Below, piece after piece: positions 16,769-25,838 of a stretch of 58,120 nt of DNA. The notes below the pieces were generated by a model. That model saw only the letters and a list, made by a program, of their open reading frames with translations, was not told the origin of the DNA and ran no database searches. Each line of letters opens with the position of its first letter. The first letter of the stretch is position 1. Position numbers and translations under genes: made by a program. This DNA comes from an uncultured Flavobacteriales bacterium (GTDB lineage Bacteria; Bacteroidota; Bacteroidia; Flavobacteriales_D; CAJJDF01), in contig CALLII010000058.1 of NCBI GenBank assembly GCA_938009745.1, positions 1 to 58,120 of the forward strand. Direction: 5' to 3'.

Positions 16769-19351
16769 TTACAATTCTCCAATATTCATGCCAATCGTAA
16801 AATGAAACTGTCCTATTGGCGAAAAATTACCTGGTGCATGAAGCGCAGGACTATATCCGTCATCACCCGGAGATAAAGGATCTAAGCCCCAACCGTAATC
16901 TAATCCTATTAGCCCAAACATTGGTAAAAATAATCTAACACCTACTCCCACAGATTTTTTTACTTCAAAAGGATTGTAGTCCTCAAAACTTCCCCAAGAG
17001 TTACCTGCTTCACCAAATGCAAGTGCAAATACTGTAGCACTTGGGTTAAGTGAAATAGGATATCTTAATTCTACTTTGTATTTAGTAATAAGTGCATCTC
17101 CACCTGCACTGTTTATCGAATTGTCTTCGTAACCTCTAAGTGCAATGTACTCACGACCTGCTAGCCTAAATCCTGTTAATCCACTACCTCCATAAAAGAA
17201 TCTTTCAAAAGGAGAAATTCCTTTTTCTTTAGAAAAGCTATTAAGGAAACCAAATCCTACACTAGAGTGGAAAACAAATTTCTTTGCTGGTCCTAACGGA
17301 GTATACCATTTTGCTGAGAATTTAATTTTGTTGTACTCTACCCATTTAAATTTTTGTTGACTTGTTAAATCAGAATAATCGTCTCTTCCGTCAAACAAAG
17401 AATAAGGTGCAGTAGTTTTGAATGATATAGTAATTTCTGAACCACTTCTTGGATAAATTGGTTGATCAACCGAGTTTCTGGAAAGCGTAATTCCTAAACT
17501 AAGGTTATTTGCAAATCCATTATTAAACCCATCTAAAAGAGTGTAGTTTCTTAACGTATAATATTCGTACCCTAAGTTTGCGAATAATGTAAAAAAGTCA
17601 TCTGGGACTTTAAGTCTGGTTCCTAATCCTATTGAACCACCAACCACATCAAATATACTGTTCAATGGATCGTTTCTTCCTAAGTTTTGAGTTTTTTGTA
17701 AGGAGTAATAAGCATTCAAACTAAGAGATGTTGGTTTTTTTCCTCCAAACCAAGGCTCAGTAAATGAGAAGCTTAACGATTGAAAGAAGATATTGGCTGA
17801 ACCTCTTAAACTTAATCTTTGTCCATCTCCAGTAGGCAGTGGTGACCAAGAATCTTTATCAAAAATATTTCTTACAGAAAAATTTGTAAACGACAGTCCT
17901 AAGGAACCAACAAATTGTCTTCCTCCCCAACCACCAGATAATTCAACCTGGTCAGATGGTTTTTCAGCAACAGTATATTCAATATCTACAGTTCCATCAA
18001 CAGGATTAGGAATAGGATTAATTCCCATTCTTTCTGGATCAAAATACCCTAGGTTACTTAACTCTCTTTGCGAACGAATAATATCAGCTCTACTAAAAAT
18101 CATTCCCGGCTTTGTTCTAAGCTCTCTTCTAATTACATGATCGTTAGTCTTGGTGTTTCCATTGATAATGATTTTTCCAATACGAGCTATTTTACCTTCA
18201 TAAATGATGATATCAATATCAATAGAGTCGTTTTCTACTGTTTTTTCAATAGGAGTAATTTGGAAAAACAAGTGACCTTGATCCATGTATAAAGAACTAA
18301 TGTCCAACTCAGTTTGACTCATAAAAAGCTTAGACTCTAATATTGATTTGTTGTATTCGTCTCCTTTATCAATTCCTAAGATGGTGTCTAATCTCCCTGA
18401 ACTATATTTCGAGTTACCTACCCAGTTTATGTTTCTGAAATAATATTTATTTCCTTCAGAAATCGTCATTTTAATGTTGATAGAAGAAGGGTCATTAGTG
18501 TATATAGTATCAAATACAATTTTGGCATCTCTCATTGCCTTTGAATTATAAACTGCTATAATTCCGCTTTTTTCCGCTTCATAGCTTTCTTCAATAAACT
18601 TAGATCGCTTCCAAAACCTCCACCAAGTTCTTTCTTTGGTTTCTTTTAAGGTTCTTTTAATCTTCTTGTCAGACATTACTTGAGCTTCTTTTTTAATGAG
18701 GCTTAAAGGAAACTTTGTTTTTTCAATAGCTTCATTCCCTTCAATAATAATCTTGTTAATCTTAACTTTTTCTCCTTTATCAATGTTAATAACCAAAATT
18801 TCGGCATTGTTTACCGAAGTATCTGGTATACTAGTAATATTAACTTTAGTGTTTAGGTATCCTTTTTCTACAAAATAATCTTTGCAAGTAAATCTGGCTT
18901 TGTCTAGTAAGCTTTCGGTAATAAGTTTACCGCTATATAAATCTAAATTTTCCTTTAATGATTTAGCTTGCGAGTTAGATATTCCCTTTAGCTGATATCT
19001 GGACATTCTGCTCCTTTCTGTAAGAGTAATTCTTAGGAAAACAGTGCTTCCGATAAATCTATCAGCATAAATATTTATATCAGAAAAGTTATTTACTTCC
19101 CATAATTTTTTGATAGCTCCAGAGATATCTGAACCAGGAATAGTGATTTCACTTCCTCTTCTTAATCCTGAAAAAGATATAATTCTTTCTACATCTGTAA
19201 TAATAGCACCTTCTACTACAATTCCTCCAATTTCATATTTTTTTGGAGCTTGGTAGTCTACATTATTTTTACCAAAACTTAGGTTTCCCTGTCCAATTGC
19301 CGTAAATGACAAAAGGGTTATGAGTAAAAATGTATTTATAATAAATTTCAT
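16769..19351 (-). CDS. bamA: Outer membrane protein assembly factor BamA
   Basis: 860 aa. Signal peptide, repeated POTRA-like modules and a C-terminal Omp85 barrel ending FTIGMNIGEL. Neighbourhood is uppS-bamA-skp-skp. Confidence 0.9.
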   Translation of the reverse strand: MKFIINTFLLITLLSFTAIGQGNLSFGKNNVDYQAPKKYEIGGIVVEGAIITDVERIISFSGLRRGSEITIPGSDISGAIKKLWEVNNFSDINIYADRFIGSTVFLRITLTERSRMSRYQLKGISNSQAKSLKENLDLYSGKLITESLLDKARFTCKDYFVEKGYLNTKVNITSIPDTSVNNAEILVINIDKGEKVKINKIIIEGNEAIEKTKFPLSLIKKEAQVMSDKKIKRTLKETKERTWWRFWKRSKFIEESYEAEKSGIIAVYNSKAMRDAKIVFDTIYTNDPSSINIKMTISEGNKYYFRNINWVGNSKYSSGRLDTILGIDKGDEYNKSILESKLFMSQTELDISSLYMDQGHLFFQITPIEKTVENDSIDIDIIIYEGKIARIGKIIINGNTKTNDHVIRRELRTKPGMIFSRADIIRSQRELSNLGYFDPERMGINPIPNPVDGTVDIEYTVAEKPSDQVELSGGWGGRQFVGSLGLSFTNFSVRNIFDKDSWSPLPTGDGQRLSLRGSANIFFQSLSFSFTEPWFGGKKPTSLSLNAYYSLQKTQNLGRNDPLNSIFDVVGGSIGLGTRLKVPDDFFTLFANLGYEYYTLRNYTLLDGFNNGFANNLSLGITLSRNSVDQPIYPRSGSEITISFKTTAPYSLFDGRDDYSDLTSQQKFKWVEYNKIKFSAKWYTPLGPAKKFVFHSSVGFGFLNSFSKEKGISPFERFFYGGSGLTGFRLAGREYIALRGYEDNSINSAGGDALITKYKVELRYPISLNPSATVFALAFGEAGNSWGSFEDYNPFEVKKSVGVGVRLFLPMFGLIGLDYGWGLDPLSPGDDGYSPALHAPGNFSPIGQFHFTIGMNIGEL

Positions 19352-19360
19352 ATAAGTATT

Positions 19361-20110
19361 TTATGTAATCGATTGTTTAAGTTGTTGACTTGTTTTACCA
19401 AATCTTCTCTCTCTGTTCTGAAACGAATCTATCGCTAACTGAAAGTCCTTTTCTTTAAAGTCAGGCCATAATGTATCAGTAAAATAAAACTCCGAATAAG
19501 CAATTTGCCAAAGCAAAAAATTGCTGATTCTGAATTCGCCACTGGTACGAATAATTAATTCAGGATCAGGTATCCCCGCAGTAGATAAGTTGTCACTAAA
19601 AAGAGTTTCATCAATTTCGTTTTCGCTTATTTTTCCTTCTTTCACTGCTAAAGCAATTTTTTTAGTTGCTTCAAGTATTTCTTGTCTAGAGCTGTAGCTA
19701 AGTGCAAGTGTTAGCACAATTCCAGTATTATTTTTTGTGTATTCGGATGCTGAGTTAAGTGCTTCTCTGGCAAACTCTGGCAACAAGGAAGTATTTCCAA
19801 TAAAGTTTATTTTTACTTTATTTTCGTGTAATTCCTGAATTTCATTAGCTATCGTTTTAGCAAACAAATTCATTAAACCGTCTACTTCTTCTTTGGGTCT
19901 GTTCCAGTTTTCGGTAGAGAAGGTATAGAGAGTTAGGTACTTTACATTATTTTTTTGAGCAGCTGTAAGTACTTCTCTTACTGAGCCAACACCACTGTTG
20001 TGACCATGAATTCTATCTTTCCCGTGATTAGACGCCCATCTCCCATTCCCATCCATAATGATGGCAACATGAGTTGGTGTTTTTCCGGTTTTAGAATCTG
20101 GTTGTGACAT
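19361..20110 (-). CDS. uppS: Isoprenyl transferase / undecaprenyl-diphosphate synthase
   Basis: HVAIIMDGNGRWA, TLYTFSTENWNRP and RTSGEFRISNFLLWQIAYSE motifs. Confidence 0.95.
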   Translation of the reverse strand: MSQPDSKTGKTPTHVAIIMDGNGRWASNHGKDRIHGHNSGVGSVREVLTAAQKNNVKYLTLYTFSTENWNRPKEEVDGLMNLFAKTIANEIQELHENKVKINFIGNTSLLPEFAREALNSASEYTKNNTGIVLTLALSYSSRQEILEATKKIALAVKEGKISENEIDETLFSDNLSTAGIPDPELIIRTSGEFRISNFLLWQIAYSEFYFTDTLWPDFKEKDFQLAIDSFQNRERRFGKTSQQLKQSIT

Positions 20111-20194
20111 TGCTATTTAAATATACGCGAAAATGCTAAGAATTATTGGAGTATGAAAGTTATAAAAGGGAATATTATACCTATTTAACACAAT

Positions 20195-20632
20195 TTACCA
20201 TTTCTTTTTTCGGAAAGGGAATTTAAGATCTTGGTCATAAGTGCTAGAAAGTGTGTCGCATTCTGGACATTCAGTATCAAAATTATCTACCAAATAAACT
20301 GGCATGTCGTAATCTTTTGGGATTGCAAAAATTAAGGTTTTTCCTTCATTTTGCAATATATATTCCTGAGGGTCAGATGTTTTTTTACTGTTCTTAAAAT
20401 CTATATCAGCATTTTCGATAAACTCAGTAAGAGATTTAACAGAGTAGCCATTGCATTGGATTTTGCAATCAATTAATTCACTTGATGTAAACCTTCTGGT
20501 TGTAATGGTGTCTTTTACTCTTCGCTCTGGTAAAAATCCTCCACAGCCTCTATCTCCAAAAAGAAAAAGAACCATAAGTGACCCAATTCCTATTCCAAGG
20601 GCAAAAAATCGTAATCGTCTCCAAATATTCAT
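20195..20632 (-). CDS. Hypothetical membrane-anchored Cys-containing protein
   Basis: 145-aa ORF with an N-terminal TM helix (FFALGIGIGSLMVLFLF) and paired cysteines (DCKIQC, ECPEC). No family recognised. Confidence 0.5.
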   Translation of the reverse strand: MNIWRRLRFFALGIGIGSLMVLFLFGDRGCGGFLPERRVKDTITTRRFTSSELIDCKIQCNGYSVKSLTEFIENADIDFKNSKKTSDPQEYILQNEGKTLIFAIPKDYDMPVYLVDNFDTECPECDTLSSTYDQDLKFPFRKKKW

Positions 20633-20701
20633 ACTATTAATTTTGATGCAAATTTACGGCTATTATTGCATATTATTGAGCTATCAGTTAAGAAATATCA
20701 A

Positions 20702-21421
20702 TTAGTCTATAATTTCTATATTTTCTTTACTTATAAGGTCTTTGCCTTTGTATTTAAGGAAAAGCTGAGCAATAGTAACTACATCATTTTGGCAGTAGTT
20801 TTTAATTTTCGGTAAATCATTTTCTTCGTAGTAAGTTTTAGCCACCATAGATCCGTCTAAATCTTGCTTTGGTGAAGGAATTCCAAAAACATGTGCTAAT
20901 AAATCTAAAGAAGTAAAGTGCTTGTAGTCACCAAATTTCCATAGCTCCATAGTGTCTAAATGAGGAATTTCCCAAGGTTTTTTTCCTGCTAAGTCTAGTT
21001 GGCTTGGAAGCTTTAATCCATTAATTAGTGTTCTTCGACCAATGAACGGAAAATCAAATTCTTTTCCATTGTGAGCACAAAGCATGTAATTTTCTTTCAA
21101 GGTTTTGTTTAGTAGAGAGTTAAAAGCTTTTAAAATCGTTTTCTCCTCATCTCCAAAAAATGATTTCACTCTTAGTTTAAGGTTCTTTTTCTCTTCAGTA
21201 AAATAACCAACCGAAATGCAAATTATCTTTCCAAACTCAGCATATATACCTGCTTTGTTATAGGCTTCTTCAGCCGAAATATCTTGATATCTTTGAACAT
21301 ATTTCGATTTTTTATCCCACAATTCTATTTCTTTTCGGGGCAGGTTTTTAAAATCATACTCCAAAGGAACTGTTTCAATATCAAGAAATATTATTTTGTT
21401 GAGGTCTATTTTTTGAAGCAT
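20702..21421 (-). CDS. RNase H-fold 3'-5' exonuclease (PolB-exonuclease-like / DnaQ-like)
   Basis: Exo motifs FLDIETVP (ExoI), CAHNGKEFDFPF (ExoII) and YCQNDV (ExoIII-like). 239 aa. Confidence 0.7.
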   Translation of the reverse strand: MLQKIDLNKIIFLDIETVPLEYDFKNLPRKEIELWDKKSKYVQRYQDISAEEAYNKAGIYAEFGKIICISVGYFTEEKKNLKLRVKSFFGDEEKTILKAFNSLLNKTLKENYMLCAHNGKEFDFPFIGRRTLINGLKLPSQLDLAGKKPWEIPHLDTMELWKFGDYKHFTSLDLLAHVFGIPSPKQDLDGSMVAKTYYEENDLPKIKNYCQNDVVTIAQLFLKYKGKDLISKENIEIID

Positions 21422-21464
21422 ATTAAGATTATTTTCTAACCTAAGTTAACTAACTATTCGTAAA

Positions 21465-21498
21465 TAAAAAAAGCTGCTTAGTAATCTAAGCAGCTTTT
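21465..21498 (-). terminator. Rho-independent terminator downstream of the M16 peptidase pair
   Basis: agctgcttag-taatc-taagcagct perfect hairpin flanked by an A-run on plus, which is a T-run on minus. Confidence 0.75.
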
Positions 21499-21518
21499 CG
21501 TATAATTTGGTTTACTTT

Positions 21519-23597
21519 TTATAAACTAAAAGTCCCAGCAGGAATCGCTTTATTCATCTCTACTTTTTCAAGTGTAACATTCATTGGCATTCCACCATCA
21601 GTTCCACCAAGTGTATGAGGAATAAGAATTCCGTTTACAGCTTTGTAGTCTTTAAATTCTTGAACCGATTCAGTTTCGCCTTGTGGTGTTTTACTTTTAG
21701 ACATTTCTTTTACTTTTAGTCCAGATTTCATGTCATAAAAAGAAGTTACTTTTTTACCGTTAGGGTAAGTTGCAATTATTTCATATGTGCTTTTTCCACC
21801 TACTACTTTAGCTCCAACAAGTTCAGTTTTTATTCCATTTTCTTTGTAAAATAACTCAGGAATAAAGTAACTATTTATCTTAGTTTCCAATGTTTCGTTA
21901 GCACTTACAGGAACTTCTTTTCCTTGTACTTTAAGCTTGGCTGTAGTTCCATCAAACACCTTTTTTTGCATTTCTCCCATTCCCTCTACTACTACTGATG
22001 AACTAGTTTTGTTAGGAGCTTCAAAAATATTTACCAATTTAATGTTCATTCCTTGCATACTCATAGAGTATTCGCCAGTCATGCTTTTTACCGATTTCAA
22101 TTTATCTTTACCACCTAACGCTTTGTAATAAGACTCAAAAACAGATTCAACTGTAGTTCCTTTTGGCACTTCAACAGCTTGAACTGGAGGGCCAACTTCT
22201 TTTCCTTCTCTGTCAATGTAATGTAGCTCACCAAATCTCTTAAGTTTTTCTCCTATTTGGTTAGCTTCACCTACAACCACAATATTAATATTACCTGGTT
22301 TAAGGTAGCTAGTTGCTACTCTTTTTATGTCTTCCATGGTTACCAACTCAATTCTTTTCAAGTAGTTTTTGTAGTAATCTTTATCTAACCCATATTTAGC
22401 AATATTTGCAGCAAATCGAGCTACAGTTCTAGAGCTTTCTAGTGATTGAGCAAAAGTACCAGCTAAGTAATTTTTGGCATTTTGTAATTCTTCAGCACCA
22501 ACATTTTCAGTTCTTATTCTGTTTATTTCTAACAAAAATTGATCAATTGCACTATCAGTAACTTCGTTTCTTACTTTGGCAGAAGATGAAAAGTTTCCAA
22601 TTAATTTGTTGGCTCTTATTCCTCCGTATGCTCCGTAAGTATATTCTTTATCTTCTCTTAAGTTTTGGAATAATCTTCCTGCAAATCCACTTCCAAATAT
22701 TTGGTTAAATACCTGTGCAGCTTCATAATCAGCATCACCAATTTTAATCTTAGCTAGGTTGTTTATGTCAATATTAGACTGAACAGCACCTTCTTTGTGC
22801 ACCAAGTAAACTTGCGGCTTAGTTGGTTCAACTGGAGCTTCATAGTTATGACTAGGAACAGTTCCCTTTGCCCATGATCCAAAGTATTTTTTTACAAGAG
22901 CTTCAGCTTCACTTTTAGTAATATCTCCAACTATAGTTAAAAGAGCATTGTTAGGTTTAAAATAAGAGTTGTAGTAGTTTTTACAATCTTCTAATTTTAT
23001 ATTTCCTAAAGTAGCTTCAGTTAAAAACTCTCCGTAAGGATGTCCTTTCCCATAAAGCATAGCCGATTTTACGTCACCCATAATAGCATCAGCATTTGTC
23101 GAGCTAGATTTTAATGAAGTAATACTCTCTTTAACTGATTTGGCCAATTCATCTTCAGGAAAAACTGGGTTAAGAACCACATCAGATAAAATATCCATTA
23201 GTTTTTCATTGTATTTAGATAAACCAGAAGTATAAGCTCCTCCACTATAAACTCCCATGTTTGCTCCAATAAAATCAACTTCTTTGTTCAAAGTTTCTTT
23301 GTTTCTGTTTTTTGTTCCAGCTTCAAGTAAATCTCCTACCATAGAAGTGTATCCAGCTTTATCTCCCTCATATATTGGGTCGATATCGAAACTTAGGTTA
23401 TATGATATAGTTGGCAATTTTGAGCTTTCTATAACGTAAACGGTTAGTCCATTTTCTAATTTAAATTCTTCGTACTCACCAAAAGTATTTTCTTTTGCTG
23501 GTGCTGCACTTGGTCTAATACTTCTGTCAAGTGGAGCAGAGGTATTACAAGCTCCCAAAAGAAGAGTAGCAAGTGATATAAATAATATATTTTTCAT
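21519..23597 (-). CDS. M16-family (pitrilysin/insulinase-like) peptidase, probably the non-catalytic partner, with a C-terminal extension
   Basis: 692 aa with a lipoprotein-like signal (LLGAC). It has M16 C-terminal-type domains but no HxxEH motif. Directly downstream of the catalytic M16 gene. Confidence 0.8.
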   Translation of the reverse strand: MKNILFISLATLLLGACNTSAPLDRSIRPSAAPAKENTFGEYEEFKLENGLTVYVIESSKLPTISYNLSFDIDPIYEGDKAGYTSMVGDLLEAGTKNRNKETLNKEVDFIGANMGVYSGGAYTSGLSKYNEKLMDILSDVVLNPVFPEDELAKSVKESITSLKSSSTNADAIMGDVKSAMLYGKGHPYGEFLTEATLGNIKLEDCKNYYNSYFKPNNALLTIVGDITKSEAEALVKKYFGSWAKGTVPSHNYEAPVEPTKPQVYLVHKEGAVQSNIDINNLAKIKIGDADYEAAQVFNQIFGSGFAGRLFQNLREDKEYTYGAYGGIRANKLIGNFSSSAKVRNEVTDSAIDQFLLEINRIRTENVGAEELQNAKNYLAGTFAQSLESSRTVARFAANIAKYGLDKDYYKNYLKRIELVTMEDIKRVATSYLKPGNINIVVVGEANQIGEKLKRFGELHYIDREGKEVGPPVQAVEVPKGTTVESVFESYYKALGGKDKLKSVKSMTGEYSMSMQGMNIKLVNIFEAPNKTSSSVVVEGMGEMQKKVFDGTTAKLKVQGKEVPVSANETLETKINSYFIPELFYKENGIKTELVGAKVVGGKSTYEIIATYPNGKKVTSFYDMKSGLKVKEMSKSKTPQGETESVQEFKDYKAVNGILIPHTLGGTDGGMPMNVTLEKVEMNKAIPAGTFSL

Positions 23598-23627
23598 AAT
23601 AATAAGTTTATTGTTTTTGAGAGTTTT

Positions 23628-24941
23628 TTACTTCTTTTTAGGTAAATAATAAAGGGTAACACTATTTGACTCGTTCAAATATTTTTTAGCAACTCTCATA
23701 ATATCTTCTCTTGTTACAGCTCTGTAGTTTTCTAGTTCTGTGTTAATTAAGTTGGCGTCTCCAAACATCATTGAGTAAGAAGCTAAACTTTCAGCAATTC
23801 CTGCCATTCTTGAATTACTGCTTACAAAGTTGTTTTCAGTAATGTTTTTAATTTTCTGAAATTCTTCTTCAGTAATTAACTCAGTTTGTAATTTTTTAAT
23901 CTCTTTGGCAACACCAGCTTTAATGTCGTCAACCGTATACCCTTGATTTGGTAATCCAAGAGTGGTAAAGAATCCAGCACTTTCGAATCCCATGGAGAAT
24001 CCTTGTACTTGCAAAGCAATTTGTTCATTTTCTTTAAGTGCTATATTCAGTCTAGAACTTTTTCCGTTAGATAAAACAGTAGAAAGCATTTCTAAAGCAT
24101 AAGCATCTTTGGTTCCTTGTGGTGGTACTTTGTAAGCTTGAAAAATTGCAGGTAATTGAATGTTATCATAAACTGTATCAACAACAGCTTTAGTCAATAA
24201 ATCACCAGAAACAGTTGGTCTTGTAATTTCCTTTGTTCCTTTGGGAATGGTAGAAAAATACTTTTTGATATACTTTTTAGCGTCTTTTTTATTGATGTCA
24301 CCAGTAATAACTAGAGTAGCATTGTTTGGTACATAATATTGATCGTAAAAAGCTTGAAAGTCCTCAATTGAAGCAGCATTTAAATCATCAAATGATCCAA
24401 TTGGTGTCCAACCGTAGTTAGTTCCAAAAAACATTCTTTCCGAAATCTCTGCATACCAACTTGAGTAAGGTCTGTTGTCCGAAGTTCTTTTTTCTTCTTT
24501 CACAACTTCTCTTTGGTTATCAACTCCGGCTTGAGTAATTTTTGCGTTAAGCATTCTTTCGCTTTCCATCCACAATCCTAGCTCTAGTTGGTTAGATGGC
24601 AATACACAGTGGTAATAAGTTTGGTCATTAGAGGTGTAAGCATTAATTGTTCCACCTACTGATTGAACGATTTTAGCATACTCATCTTGTGCAATGTTTT
24701 CAGATTCTTCGAACATTAAGTGCTCAAAAAAGTGAGCGTAACCTGTTTTTCCTTCTACTTCATTTTTACTTCCTACATGGTACAATACACTAACTGCAAC
24801 AATCGGAGTAGAGTTATCTTGATGAAGAATTACATGAAGACCATTGTCTAGATCAAATTCACTGAATTCAATTTTGTTCTTTTGAGCAGAACTTAAGCTG
24901 ACTATTCCTAGGGCAGCAATTATTAAAAGTATCTTTTTCAT
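23628..24941 (-). CDS. M16-family zinc metallopeptidase (catalytic subunit)
   Basis: HFFEHLMFE inverted zinc-binding motif and a signal peptide. The start is chosen at MKKILLII rather than the upstream ATG at 24962. Confidence 0.9.
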   Translation of the reverse strand: MKKILLIIAALGIVSLSSAQKNKIEFSEFDLDNGLHVILHQDNSTPIVAVSVLYHVGSKNEVEGKTGYAHFFEHLMFEESENIAQDEYAKIVQSVGGTINAYTSNDQTYYHCVLPSNQLELGLWMESERMLNAKITQAGVDNQREVVKEEKRTSDNRPYSSWYAEISERMFFGTNYGWTPIGSFDDLNAASIEDFQAFYDQYYVPNNATLVITGDINKKDAKKYIKKYFSTIPKGTKEITRPTVSGDLLTKAVVDTVYDNIQLPAIFQAYKVPPQGTKDAYALEMLSTVLSNGKSSRLNIALKENEQIALQVQGFSMGFESAGFFTTLGLPNQGYTVDDIKAGVAKEIKKLQTELITEEEFQKIKNITENNFVSSNSRMAGIAESLASYSMMFGDANLINTELENYRAVTREDIMRVAKKYLNESNSVTLYYLPKKK

Positions 24942-25069
24942 TTTTATATAGATTTTAAACAAAAATAGAAATTATGTTCAACTAATAAAATCATTAAGGG
25001 ATAAGAGGTGTTAATTTTAGTTAAACGGAAAATCGTTTTCAATCCTAAGATAAATCTTATATTTAGCCC

Positions 25070-25837
25070 ATGGTAGATGCGAAGAAATATTTAGGGCAAC
25101 ATTTTTTACGAAACGAAGAGGTTTGTAAAGCAATTGCTCATGGTATGAAGGATTACACAATTCACGATAAATTGGTAGAAGTGGGCCCAGGAACGGGAGC
25201 AATCACCAAATATATTATGAAGTTAGATTCTAATATGTCTGTAATTGAAGTAGATGGAGAATCCATTACTTTTTTACGAAACGAATATCCAGAACTGGAA
25301 ATAATCGATTTCAATTTTTTGAAATTAGATTTAACAAAAGTAAATGATGGAAAACCTTTTGGTTTATTCGGAAACTTCCCTTATTTCTTATCGAGTCAAA
25401 TACTAACTAAGATTTTCGAAAACAAAGAAGTTATTTCTGAGTGTGTAGGAATGTTTCAGAAAGAAGTGTCAGAAAAAGTGATTGCAACTCCTGGGAACAA
25501 AAACTACGGAATTACTGCAGTTTTGCTTCAAGCTTTTTACGAAGTAGAGTACTTATTTACTGTAGACGCAAAAGAATTTGATCCACCACCAAGTGTGCAA
25601 TCTGGTGTTGTTAGGATTATTAAAAAAGAAGATCAATTACCTGATTTAAACTTGAGCTTGTTTAAGCAGGTGGTTAAACTGGGATTTAATCAAAGAAGAA
25701 AAACATTAAGAAATTCACTAAAATCAATCCTTCCTGATGAGGTAAGGCAAGAAGAAATTTTCAATAAAAGACCCGAGCAATTAGCTGTATCAGAGTTTGT
25801 TGAGATTTGCGAAATGATTGAAAAATACAAGAAATAG
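25070..25837 (+). CDS. rsmA: 16S rRNA (adenine1518/1519-N6)-dimethyltransferase RsmA/KsgA
   Basis: LGQHFL start, VEVGPGTGAIT SAM motif, GNFPYF, and the RRKTLRNSL C-terminal domain. Confidence 0.95.
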   Translation: MVDAKKYLGQHFLRNEEVCKAIAHGMKDYTIHDKLVEVGPGTGAITKYIMKLDSNMSVIEVDGESITFLRNEYPELEIIDFNFLKLDLTKVNDGKPFGLFGNFPYFLSSQILTKIFENKEVISECVGMFQKEVSEKVIATPGNKNYGITAVLLQAFYEVEYLFTVDAKEFDPPPSVQSGVVRIIKKEDQLPDLNLSLFKQVVKLGFNQRRKTLRNSLKSILPDEVRQEEIFNKRPEQLAVSEFVEICEMIEKYKK

Positions 25838-25838
25838 A

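Noticed and set aside
20702-21421. Stand-alone 3'-5' exonuclease considered as part of a defence or mobile module
   Set aside because: It is a single gene between uppS-region and peptidase genes. It has no partner ATPase, nuclease, methylase or RT, and no flanking repeats or compositional break visible by eye.
24942-24962. 5'-extended start codons offered by the ORF track (also 25818, 30815, 29593, 50516, 39840, 36615)
   Set aside because: Downstream ATGs give canonical signal peptides or conserved N-termini and remove overlaps with upstream genes. The extensions translate to atypical sequence.
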